Assembly (NCBI RefSeq): GCF_006345805.1
Contig: NC_043015.1
Span: 9,982,001 to 10,046,000, forward strand
Direction: 5' to 3'
DNA from: Octopus sinensis
Lineage: Eukaryota
DNA length: 64,000 bases
In this document: piece by piece, positions 52,817 to 64,000 of the stretch
How positions within the stretch are numbered: the first letter of the stretch is position 1
Layout of the letters: each line of letters begins with the position of its first letter
Translations under genes and position numbers: made by a program
Notes under the pieces: model-generated
What the model saw: the letters and a program-made list of their open reading frames with translations, nothing else
Database searches by the model: none
Told to the model about the DNA's origin: nothing

Positions 52817-53670
52817 TATACAACTATAAGAGAGTGTCCACTATGTGGTCGACTCTTGCGCTAAAAATAGATCCGCTATGGTCTCAACCACCAAAAATTG
52901 TTTCCAAGGAGAATTAGCACAACTATGAACGTAAACGAGCAGGTCAAATGGAAAATAACAAAAATGTAGATTAAATCTAGACAATTGTTTCGCTACTAAT
53001 GAATTATGCAATTTTACTTACACAATATATACATAGTTCATCAGTAAAATTTGTCTTGAATACAATTTACTAAACCGCACGCCAGATTTTAACATAACGT
53101 CAAACGCATGTGTGGTTTAGCGGATTATATTCGCATTTATAATTCAAATGCCCTCATTATAGCGCGCCAAGATATCCGGAAACAAATACTGCATAAAAAA
53201 TTTACTGCATTATAATCATATTATTATTAAAATAATATCCAATTTTTTCACCCTTATTTCTTATTTTAATTATACTGCATTAAATTTTTTATGCAGTATT
53301 TGTTTCCGGGTATCTTGGCGCGCTATAATGAGGGCATTCGAATCATAACTGCGAATATAATCGACTAAACCACACGTGTGTTTGACGTTATGTTAAAATC
53401 TGGCGTGCGGTTTAGTAAATTGTATTCAAGACAAATTCAACTGATGGGCTATAGATATATTGTGTAAGTAAAATTGCATAATTCATTAATAGTAAAACAA
53501 TTGTCTAGAATTAATCTACATTTTTGTTATTTTTCATTTGCTCTGCTCGTGTACGCTCATAGTTGTGCTAATTCTCCTTGGAAACAATTTTTGGTGGTTG
53601 AAACCATAGCGGATCTATTTTTAGCGCAAGAGCCGACAACATAATGGACACTCTCTAATATTTGTGTATA
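52817..53670. repeat. Long inverted repeat (arms about 390 bp, spacer about 65 bp) carrying a hammerhead motif in each arm
   Basis: 52817-53209 is the reverse complement of 53277-53670 with scattered substitutions; (TA)n lies outside both ends; spacer sequence is repeated at about 53728-53770. Confidence 0.92.
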
Positions 53671-53771
53671 AATTTTTATTGTATCCCTGTTTTTTATGCG
53701 CTAAGACACTTGGTGTTAAGTTGATGGTATTATTAAATTAATATCCAATTTTTTCACCCTTAGTTTTGATT

Positions 53772-53857
<86 letters not shown>

Positions 53858-55029
53858 CGTGTGTGTGTATGTGTGTATACATATATATATATATATATTC
53901 AATTTCGAGAGGCAAGGAATTACAGAAGAAAGTTGGCTCTATTCCTCTGTGTAAATACTGACAACACTATTACTTTATACTTAAAGTTGCTTAAAATATA
54001 CATCTTCAGGTAGGCATAAATGCAATAATTTTGAGAGGTCGATGCTGAAGTCGATGTAGTCTGTTTTAGTATTTGAATTGGTTTTCGCATTACTCTATTC
54101 ATACTGACAGTGTAAAATTACAGTTTGATATTGGTGGTCCTGTATTAACTATGTAAAGGGCCTGTCCAAATGATACAAGGCATATATTCTGTCACTCCTC
54201 AAATATTTCTGTAAATTCATTCCTCTGATTCCTCTGCAACAAACATTAAAAAAAAATTGGATACATGCACATACACGCAAAAAAAACACACGCACGCGCA
54301 CTCACGAATAGACGCAGAAACTACATATGAGTCTTTGTCTGTATTTATGTGTGTGTGTGTGTGTGCTTGTGTGTACTTACGTGTATGTTTGCCTGTGCGT
54401 ATATATGCACGCATGAGACTATGTATGTGCGCCTATATGTTTATGTATGTTGAAATGCATCGAAGTGTGTGCATTTTAAAAACAGTCGTGATTCGGTTTC
54501 TGAAAGTATCTTTCGATTTATTTGCTGAAATAACGTTGTAAGAGCTCTCTATTACTTCGCAAAGCACCTCCAATTCATTTTCGCTAAATAGACCTAATAA
54601 GGGAAAAAGGATTAAGAGGGTGGAGATTATTATCAATACTGTAGGTGTTGAAATCGGTATTTGATTTCATTTGTTGTATCAGTGATTAGCAAACATTTTG
54701 AGTGGAGTCATATTAAGAAAATGAGATATCAGTAAAAGAATAAACTATTTACAGACGTAGACAAAAGCAAATATGAAGCTGTGTGCTAACAATTGATTTA
54801 TCGACGCACAGTCTTATGTTTGTAATTGGTGGGTGTTTATTATTGATTTTAGTAATGCATCCCGTGTATAGTAATCTAGGTAATATCAATATCAATAATG
54901 GCGCAGTTGAACTGATGACAAAGATAATCAGAAAGGCAGATGATGTTGATAACATTAAAAATTATGGCAAAACAAATACATCAACAACAGCATAACAAAA
55001 ACAACAACAATATTAAAAATAATAATAAT

Positions 55030-55350
55030 AATTGGGGGAGCATAATAGCCATGTGTTTAGAAGTATTATTTGGGGTTTGAATAAATAACGTCTGGGAACG
55101 TAGGTTTTTCGTTCAACATCCTTAAATAACCCTTATTCAAGGACCATTTGAGCGGGGTGGTCTACTGGACCTGAAGAAAATGCTCACTGGTCCACAACTG
55201 CAAGGTTATGAACTGTTTATCTTGAGGGGAGATCCCCATGTCGCACATATATGGTTGTGATGCATGTGCCCCGTAGTCATAATGGTTATACTAAGCTTCG
55301 TCTATTTCAACTCAGTATCACTTTGATGGCATGCGCTGCTCTCTCTTTCA

Positions 55351-55422
<72 letters not shown>
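55030..55422 (+). mobile_element. Probable retroposon 3' end with long (TAA)n tail
   Basis: About 300 bp of relatively GC-rich sequence ending CTCTCTTTCAG(TAA)n; family not identified. Confidence 0.4.
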
Positions 55423-55424
<2 letters not shown>

Positions 55425-55486
55425 TAGCTAGACCCATGAAAAATTCACGGAAAACATAAAACATGTAACCATCTGTAAACAGTGTA

Positions 55487-55675
55487 CTACTGTCATGAGG
55501 AATGTTTGCATATTATGACCGCCTATTTTTATGTTATGAGTTCAAATTCTGCCGAGGACGACTGTAATTTTCGTCCTTTCGGGGTCGATAAATTAAGTAC
55601 CAGTTGTGCACTGGAATAGATCTAATCAACTGCCCCCCTCCCTGCGAAAATCTCCGACCTAGAAAAGTGTATTGT
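55487..55675 (+). mobile_element. SINE family B, decayed
   Basis: GTTCAAATTCTGCCGAGG..TCCTTTCGGGGTCGATAAATTAAGTACCAGTTG. Confidence 0.7.
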
Positions 55676-55854
55676 GAGAGTTACAGAATATTGAAAGTAA
55701 TGTAACACCCATGACTATATAATCCAAACAAATTATCTTAGTTTTACAAACGTAAACTGAATTACTATTTAACCTTAAAATACATCGTGCGTATTGAAAG
55801 AGCCTTCTTGGATTAGTGGTACGTAATGTTTTTTTTCTGGTATTCTTTCATTAT

Positions 55855-56095
55855 TGTAATTGTTTCAGTCATTCGACGGTGGCCATGCTACAGCATCACG
55901 CTTCCGCCGAAGAAATTGAGCCCCTGGACTTATTCCCCGTAAGCCTGGTGTTTATTATCCCTGTCTCTTCTGCTGAACAACTAATTTTCAGGGTTGCAAA
56001 CACACCAACGTCGCTTATCAAGCAATGTTTGTGGTGGAACAAACGCAGACACAAATGCACACACTTACATAATACATACATACACACACACATAT
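55855..56095 (-). mobile_element. SINE family A, 3' half, decayed
   Basis: TGTTTCAGTCATTCGACGGTGGCCATGCT..ACACCAACGTCG. Confidence 0.7.
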
Positions 56096-56298
56096 ATATA
56101 TTATATATATATATATATAATAATAAATATTAGGGAATAAATCCAAATTTACAGGGAAAAAAATCAGATTTAGGATTAAATCCAATTTTATAGTAAAATA
56201 TTATAAAATATTATTAGAGACAAAACCACTATTTTGCAAAACAAACAAGGAAAGACTTAATCAATACATAAAATTTTAATAAATAGTCAAAAAAACCG

Positions 56299-56341
56299 CC
56301 ACTACAATCGTTTCTTGTCTTGATCGACAATCTTCAGGTGG
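56299..56341 (-). ncRNA. Type I hammerhead ribozyme, mirror copy
   Basis: Exact reverse complement of 56395-56437. Confidence 0.8.
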
Positions 56342-56394
56342 ACTTCCAATTTACAAGTCAGTTTCAAATTGAAACTGACTTGTAAAGTGGAAGT

Positions 56395-56437
56395 CCACCT
56401 GAAGATTGTCGATCAAGACAAGAAACGATTGTAGTGG
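56395..56437 (+). ncRNA. Type I hammerhead ribozyme, minimal Penelope-type
   Basis: CCAC-CTGAAGA-TTGTC-GATCAA-GACAA-GAA-AC-GATT-GT-A-GTGG: intact CUGANGA/GAAA core, stem I CCAC/GTGG, stem II TTGTC/GACAA, GUA cleavage triplet. Confidence 0.8.
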
Positions 56438-56524
56438 CGGTTTTTTTGACTATTTATTAAAATTTTATGTATTGATTAAGTCTTTCCTTGTTTGTTTTGC
56501 AAAATAGTGGTTTTGTCTCTAATA

Positions 56525-56579
<55 letters not shown>

Positions 56580-56849
56580 GCTTGGCGGTAGTAGTGATGC
56601 TGGCTGGCGCGATTTTGTGGTTTGCTGGTATGCCTAGAGAGATCCTGCAGGGCCTTAACTAGTTCCCCGATTTTAAAGGTGTAATGTGGATGAGTAATGT
56701 TGGAGTGGCTGGTGTGCTGGTGATGCTAGCTCATGCGGTGGTCTTCCCCACATTACTACATGGTAGACAATATTTTGTGTGCATGTCACACCATGATTTG
56801 TCCTTGTGTGTCATCCCAATTGAGTATCATAACTCTTACGATGATATTG

Positions 56850-57440
56850 TTCATAGCTCATGCTCTTGAAAATGTGGCATATAATTGGCCACGAGGAAAT
56901 ACCGGTTCAGGCAAATGTAATCCAACTTTTTCAAATGTTTGCCCATGAGCTTTATTAATTGTCATTGAATATGCAAGTCGAAGTGGAAACTGAAGTCTGA
57001 TTAGTGTGAATGGAATATTTGTATCTCTTGGAGCACGTTTATTTCAAGGAATTAAAACGGTACGAGCTCTGTTGGAGCCTGTTACTAATGATGACTCTAC
57101 ACAATGTTCATGAAGTATTTGCACTTTCATGCGAGTTCCATTACATAACCCTTGACTGATCCAAAACATTTCTTAGCAACATTACAATGGCCCCTACTTT
57201 TAAGTTGAGGCAATGAGGAGGCATACCGGATAGGAATGGGTGAGTTTATGAATTCAAATGGATAGTTCTGAACCTTCTCATTATTGCAGGACACTGAATA
57301 TGTGCTGAAGTACGTTTTAAGCGCCTCTGGTATAACATTAAAAACTGTTTTAATTTATTGTAAGAGAGTCAGAACTTTTAGGAGATAAAACTACTCGTTT
57401 TCCCATTTCTTTTGGAGTGCAGTTGTTGAAAATTTCTGGG
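56850..57440 (-). mobile_element. Helitron PIF1 helicase C-terminal remnant
   Basis: GMPPHCLNLKVGAIVMLLRN..GLCNGTRMKV..LQFPLRLAYSMTINKAHGQTFEKVGLHLPEPVFPRGQLYATFSRA. Confidence 0.85.
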
Positions 57441-57559
57441 CAGAAATGTACAAATTGAAATGCAAAAGAACGAAATAATAAATGGATTTATGAAAGTTTG
57501 GTAATTGCTTTTATTTCCACCGCGTGACATTTATAATTGCAAATATGTTTTAACTAACG

Positions 57560-57601
<42 letters not shown>

Positions 57602-58189
57602 TCATATATATATACCTCGAGTTGTAGCTGCAATTCAAAGGGGCAAGCCATGTAATAGTCTGTGTGAGGCTGAATCTCCCTGAGAACTACTTTAATGTTA
57701 TGCATGTCTGTGGAGTACTCAACCACTTGTGAGTCGATTTTATCCTCGTGTGATAATGAAAAGTGAAATTGACAGCCAATATGTGCTCTGGCTATGTATC
57801 TAAGAGCTTTTCTTTGGATTTATGAATCTTCTGTCTCTTACACTTTCTCTCTTTCTCTTTCTCTTACTTTGTGTCCGTCTTCTCTCCAGCTTTTGTTTTA
57901 ACAATTTAAAAATGTGTATATGTATCTATGTACCCACTTCTCTTGCTGCGTGATAAACATTTAAAAACAAAAAACGAACGCCGTCACCACTTACTGTATC
58001 TCTCAATCTCTTACTGTCTCTCTCACTCTCTTTTTTACTCTCTTACGTCCTCTCTGAAATATTTAGAAACACAAAACGAACGCCGTCACCATTCACTGTC
58101 TCTTTCTTTCTCTCTTTTCTATTAATTCCTCTCTGTTCTCCTATTGTTTCGCTTTGCCACTTCAAACAAGTGCAATGCACACAACAGGT

Positions 58190-58490
58190 ACGCATTGCTT
58201 CAGCCTAGACTACAAACAAAACCAATTCCAAACCAAATGAAACAGATGGACTCATCCAAGGTATCATCAGATAAAGACCTAGCACACTCATTTGCAGTAG
58301 ATGTTAAAAACCGATTTGAAATGCTCTCAGAGCATACTGACGACATTGAAACACAATATAATAATCTCGTAACAGCCACTGAAGAAATTGCCCTTTCAAC
58401 ATTACCAAAGAAGCAAAGAATAAAGCATCGATCAATTCATGCAGACATCCGTGTGGGAGAAGCAAGGAAGCATCTAGACATCTAGAAATA
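58190..58490 (+). mobile_element. RTE/RTEX-like LINE fragment (linker between APE and RT)
   Basis: FAVDVKNRFEML..ETQYNNLVTATEEIALSTLPKKQR is typical of the NRF..L linker. Confidence 0.6.
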
Positions 58491-60787
58491 TCTATCAAGC
58501 CAATGGAAACAATTATCTCTAGCTGTAGATTGTACAAAGCCGGGATACCACCATTATTGTGAATCAAACCACTTAAATGCTTTTTGCACATGCAATGAAA
58601 GGAAGATGAGCCGCTGCTCCAGACACCTCTATCATGACAACAGCATCAAAAACAACAGCAGCGCAGGAAACAAAAACCACTGATGCCATGAACAGCAGCA
58701 TGCATTCAAAAGTAAAACAGTAATAGCATCAACAGAAACAGCAGCAGGAGAAAGGCATTCAACAACGTTAGCATGGAGCACCAGTATCACACACGAGAAA
58801 AGCCATAATAGCAACAACACTGTCGCCCTCAAGTTACGCCTTAAAACACCACTCGAATAGACCACCATCTTTGAAATGCACTAAGGTACAGACATACATT
58901 TCCTTCCTTTCGCAGAATTTTCCGACTGTGAAATCTCGTCTAGCGAAAAAACCGGTCATGGAAACAACAGAATTTATCCTGGTGAAAAGAAAAAAAGAAA
59001 AATATTAATTAGAAAATGAAAATTGCGGTATGAGATGAAAAGAAAAAATAACAGAAGAGATGAAGCAGCATCTAGCAAACAATCACATACCCACATACCT
59101 TACACCAACGCAATTACAAACATCCCCAAGACTATAAATACTACCAACATTACAAACACTGTGACAAGTAGAAACACAGAAATCCAAACCAACAACAGCG
59201 CTCCCAAGTCATCATTAATTACACGGCTACAGACAAAAACAACAAGAAACTTAATGCATATTCAAAACGCCACAGCCATTACTCTAAATTAATACATTGC
59301 AGCCCCGCCAAATGCCTCTATTCACATAAACATTATAAAAACATCTCAACAAACATATAATTAGACTGAAAGCAAAATATTCCAAGGGAATGGGAGATTT
59401 TTGTGTACTTAAAAAGAAAATGATCTACAAAGAAATGCTTGTGGAGATCCATAGAAATAGCCAGAAAGACAGATCATATAACTCTCCATATAAATAGTGT
59501 AAGTAATACTTTTCATTTTGATAAAGAAGGCCTTGCTCAGAATAAGTAGTACAAATGCACATGGCCATGGGTCGCCTCGGAAACAAGCCCATCTACTACA
59601 TAACTACAGGCCACTGAGTTTAGTTGTAGTGGTTACCAGGAAAAACCGGATCACCGACCGACAAGCTTTCATGCCTATTTTTGGTGGATATGATATTTAC
59701 TTATCTCCATATCAACCTTGAATGGAGGTTGATTTAACTGTGCTGTAGTTCCGCAGAAGCCTGAATCTGAAGATGTGGACGATCTCCCTGCACGTAGAAA
59801 TTAAGTTTGTGTTCCTCGATATGAACATTAGTGACGGGGGTGCCTTTAAAATGGTGGATAATAATGCTCCATCATGAGAGGACAAAGAGACTTCTTCAAA
59901 ATTCAGGAGGTTTTCCTGAGAAGATCTTGATACTTGATGCTGAAGGGTGACTGGATCGCTATGTTGGAGGCACGTTTAGATCGTGTGATGCTAGCTGCTA
60001 GAAGATTTTCTACTCACTGATAGATACCAACTGGATTTCCAAAATGTATCAGTTAGGACATGAACGAACCACATTGGTTCATCTAAGTTGTATTTAGATC
60101 GTGTATTCGGTATAGTATAAGTTGTCCATGTATTAATAAGTTCGGCTAAACAGATTACAAATTTGCGATTTGCATGGGCGACAAAGATACATGTCGTAGG
60201 TAGCCGAACGGGTTACACTTGGCATGCTAAACTTTGAAAGACCGGATTAGCAGGTAGCGAATTAGTTAAGCGTTGATAAGTACAATCTTCTGTAGGAAAT
60301 GGTTATTTGCCTTCAAAAGGTCAGTCAGAGTAGAATCGATTAGGAATTAGCGATAAAAAGGCAATGAACTAGAGCGTAACTTAGAAAATGCTCTTTTCAA
60401 AGTCATCGCACACACCGTCCTAGCGTCGCTATTGTCTTGGATCAATTCTTCAAAGCTAAGCACGAATGATGCATTGTCAGGGTTACGGCACGTGTTCTAA
60501 GAAAGGAGGGAAAAGATCAGGGAAAAATTTTATGAGTGTTTGCAATAAGTGACAATTGACATTCAACTAATGCTATATAGCTGTGTTCAAACCTCCAAAG
60601 ACAGATACGAAACAGGCTACTGTGAGGACGGCCTTCAAATTTTGGTGGTGAACGCTATCATAATCTTTCGAATAACCAATCGTTGGTGGTATGCCGCGTA
60701 TATATCTTTAAGTAATATGCTTATACACACAGACATACGAAAAAATAAATGAATACATGTATACGCACGTATCTCTCTCTCTCTCTC

Positions 60788-60887
<100 letters not shown>

Positions 60888-60984
60888 TGTGTTAGATATA
60901 ATACATACATGTATATATATACGTATGTATATATTCATATATAATATAAAAAATTATATCGGTTAAAATTGTCGCATAAGGTTA

Positions 60985-61135
60985 CCAATTTCGGGGGAGG
61001 GAGTGGATCAATGACATCGACCATGAGTTGCACACTTACTTATTGAGTTCGAAAAGATAAAGGCGAAGGTGACCACGGTGGCATTTGAACTCAGAATATA
61101 AACTGTGATAACGATTCTACCAAGTTACTGTCTTA
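60985..61135 (-). mobile_element. SINE family B, decayed
   Basis: AAGATAAAGGCGAAGGTGACCACGGTGGCATTTGAACTCAGAA..AACGATTCTACCA. Confidence 0.6.
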
Positions 61136-61954
61136 GAATGTATGAACTATATGATAAATATAGTGGGCTTTTTTCGTTGCGTCTTTGGCTATAAGGAAAC
61201 TTAGCATAATACAAATTAATGGTTTGTAAATGCGTTTTGTGGGCAAAATTTGCTCTAAAATCTATTCTAATCTGCTCATCAATCTAGAAAATAAGAGAAG
61301 TATATTTATATTAAATTTAATTGTTAAAAAATATTATAATAATATATATTGACCAGTTCTCTTCTAACTCGATTAATATAACTTTCTTGTTATTCTGAAA
61401 TTCAATTACTATACTTGAGTTTGCTCTGACATTTGCCTGTTTTTTTTCTTTCTTTTTGATGAGATATTTCAAAATATTCAAGTAGCAATGTTACATTAAA
61501 TATATTTGCTCTACAAAGTTTATTTCGCTGTGGTCATGTATTTAAATCTGAGCTGTGTGCGTGCTTGAACAGCAAGTTTCTAATACGTTTCATTATTTAT
61601 TTTTTTCGCTGGAGCTAAGAATAATTTGTAATGAACGCATTAAGAAATTTACATGAAAGAGTCTAGTCTCATTACAATTATGTTTGTTGAACTTACGTCA
61701 GCTTAGAAAATAGACGCACACAAACGCTCACACATACCTTATATAGATACTCTTTCTATATATAGCACTGCACAAATTATTTCCTGTATTGTCTTTCTTC
61801 TGTATTCTGTATCTTTGTGTTCCACAATACACGTATTATGTCGATTTCTAACTCTCTCTCTCTCTATCTCTCTCTCTCTTCCATCCTATAAACACACACA
61901 CATTCACACGCACGCACACACACACTCACTCAAACACACACATACACACAAATA

Positions 61955-61989
<35 letters not shown>

Positions 61990-62645
61990 ACTTAGAATAA
62001 CTTAGAAAGGCTTCGGCCAGTATTGGCCCAGGCCATGTCTAACTTAATAGCACCACCTGGCGAAGTCTTTCAATTCAGGATTTGGGCACCAAGGCCCATT
62101 CGAGCAGAGAGTTATTGTTTGCGGAGACATATCCGGGTGTGGGTGGTTTGTCCGGGACTGTTTGAAGGAATTCGTCCAAAGACTTCTTGAATTTTGTGTG
62201 GTCAGTTTCTTTTTCGATGTGTCCTGGTGTAATGTTGAAGAGAGCGGGTCCAATTGAGGTGAAATAGTTGTGCCGTATTGTCGTTATGTGATGCGAATTA
62301 GATTTTTGTTGTGGACGGATTGCACGTGGTCCAAGCCTTGGATGTATTTTGAAGGTGATGCCAACATCATTCGGACAGTGCTGATGGAATATGTTACACA
62401 TCATACAGATAATGTACCGTTCACGGCGTCGTTGGAGTGAATACAGTTTCAGCTTCTCTAGTCTACCCCAGTAGTCAAGGTCTGACATGCCATCTATCTT
62501 TTTTGTGATTGACCTTTGGGGAGCTTCAATTCTCATAATATTTTGTTTTGTGTAGGGAGACCACAGTGGACAGCAGTATTCAAGGTGGGGTCGGGCAAAA
62601 GTGGAGAAGAGAAGGATAATAGTGTGGGAATCTCTCGACTGGAAT
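61990..62645 (-). mobile_element. CR1-clade LINE, 5'-truncated, with open ORF2 C-terminus and 3' tail
   Basis: FARPHLEYCCPLWSPY..IEAPQRSITKKI..YWGRLEKLKLYSLQRRRER; 3'UTR hairpin GGCC..GGCC and TTCTAAG terminal repeats. Confidence 0.88.
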
Positions 62646-62665
62646 ATATATATATATTTACATAC

Positions 62666-62734
<69 letters not shown>

Positions 62735-62735
62735 T

Positions 62736-62767
<32 letters not shown>

Positions 62768-62784
62768 TATACATATACATATTC

Positions 62785-63345
62785 ACAAGGGTTAACCCAA
62801 AAGTAACCTAAAACTTTCTCTGTTGGATAAGCTTGTTGTAGTTGAGGCTTCCGCCGCTACATGCCATCTGATGCAAACCTGCAGCATCAGTTTGTTGACC
62901 GGCGTCATCGAGAGACTTCGTACTGCCACGTGATGTATCTTTGTTCCGCAGTGCTTCTCGCTTGTTCGCCGATTTTTGCGATGGCTGAAAGAGAAGAACA
63001 TCATTCTTCCATGAAATTCTGTTTTGTGCTGAAAAATAAAAAAACAAGGCGACCGAAGCAGTTGTCATTCTTCAAATAGCTTCCAATGACGTTGTCATGA
63101 GCAAAACACTGGTTTGCGAGTGATTTCCACGGTTCAGGAATAGTTCCTTATCGCTTAAAGTCCAACCTCTCTCAGGACGACTGTCTTTCTCTCAAACGTA
63201 TGTAAATATCACGAAAATTCGTAATCTGATACGGGAGGATGGTCGCCGAACAATTGACGAACTTGTTGATATGACTGTTGTGTCCTGGTGCTCCTGTCAA
63301 TGAAGTTTGAGCCAATGAAAAGACTTGCAGCAAAATTTATGCCTT
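62785..63345 (+). mobile_element. mariner 5' remnant (TIR and HTH region)
   Basis: MAEREEHHSSMKFCF..MSKTLVCE*FPRFRNS..QPLSGRLS..IREDGRRTIDEL. Confidence 0.75.
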
Positions 63346-63349
63346 GCAC

Positions 63350-63586
63350 TCGCCCAAGCATGCCATCCTTTCATCTGCACGCTACCGATGTTATCCAAGG
63401 GAAAGGCAAATGTCAATACAACATGGCACCAGTGAGGTCGCAACTTATTTTTACAGCAGAGTGAACTGGAGCAACGTGAAATTAAGTATCTTGCTCAAGA
63501 AATCAACACACAGTTTACTCCAGGCATCAAATTCAATACCTCATTATTGTGAGTCCGAGGGTCTAACCACGGAAGCATTTGCCTTC
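63350..63586 (-). mobile_element. tRNA-derived SINE related to family C
   Basis: GAGTGAACTGGAGCAACGTGAAATTAAG..CTTGCTCAAG and a tRNA-like head ..CTAACCAC..GCAT. Confidence 0.55.
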
Positions 63587-63638
63587 ATACATACATACAT
63601 ACATACATACATACATACATGCATATATGTATGTATGT

Positions 63639-63699
<61 letters not shown>

Positions 63700-63702
<3 letters not shown>

Positions 63703-64000
63703 GTTTCAGTCATTTGACTGCAGCCATGCTGGAACACCGCCTGCAGTAGCGCAAATCTTCCCCGGGACTTATTCTTTGTAAGCATAGTACTTATCCTATC
63801 ATTCTCTTTTCTGAACTGCTAAGTTACGGGACGCAAACAGCCCACTATCGGTTGTAAAGTGATGTTGGGGTGACAAACACAGACATACAAACAGAGACAC
63901 CCACATACATATATATATATATACATATATACGACGGGCTTCTTTCAGTTTCCGTCTACCAAATCCACTCAGAAGGCTTTTGAAGGTCCGGGGCTATAGT
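63700..64000 (-). mobile_element. SINE family A, running off the window end
   Basis: TGTTTCAGTCATTTGACTGCAGCCATGCTGG..CAGTTTCCGTCTACCAAATCCACTC. Confidence 0.85.

Larger units (their letters stand above)
56202..56534. repeat. Almost perfect 333-bp palindrome (166-bp arms, 1-nt spacer at 56368, one mismatch seen)
   Basis: Centre ..TCAGTTTCAA-A-TTGAAACTGA..; arms read as reverse complements out to TATAAAATATTATTAGAGA / TCTCTAATAATATTTTATA. Confidence 0.95.

Noticed and set aside
57960-58110. Two copies of AAAACGAACGCCGTCACCA about 100 bp apart (CRISPR-like spacing considered)
   Set aside because: Only two units in a eukaryotic low-complexity context with no cas genes; an ordinary short duplication.
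58500-59470. A/C-rich ORF-like region (59023-59292), possibly a LINE ORF1
   Set aside because: Low complexity with no diagnostic motif; cannot be assigned.

Overview
AT-rich eukaryotic repeat landscape. The SINE families and the extreme (TA)n/(TACA)n/(CA)n/(TAA)n load point to an octopus or other coleoid cephalopod genome; this is an inference from recalled repeat sequences. No confidently intact host protein-coding gene was found, and most ORF-track entries are microsatellite or SINE translations. Recognisable content: a near full-length R4/Dong-type RLE retrotransposon sitting in (TAA)n (36.7-41.7 kb) plus several decayed relatives; a full-length but disrupted mariner with TIRs and TA TSD plus mariner remnants; PIF1-helicase and non-autonomous Helitrons; Penelope-like (probably Naiad-type) RT and GIY-YIG remnants with direct or inverted pLTRs; RTE and CR1 fragments; and at least four tRNA-derived SINE families. 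Best leads: (1) hammerhead-ribozyme cores, including two long fold-back palindromes (52.8-53.7 kb and 56.2-56.5 kb) that each carry an outward-facing hammerhead on both strands; (2) an HDV-like pseudoknot at the 5' edge of the R4/Dong element and a covarying 3'UTR hairpin shared by two R4 families; (3) a TE-poor island (27.4-29.2 kb) with a chain of exon-like segments and intronic hairpins, possibly a lncRNA or small-RNA host. All structures were read by eye, and boundaries of decayed elements are approximate.
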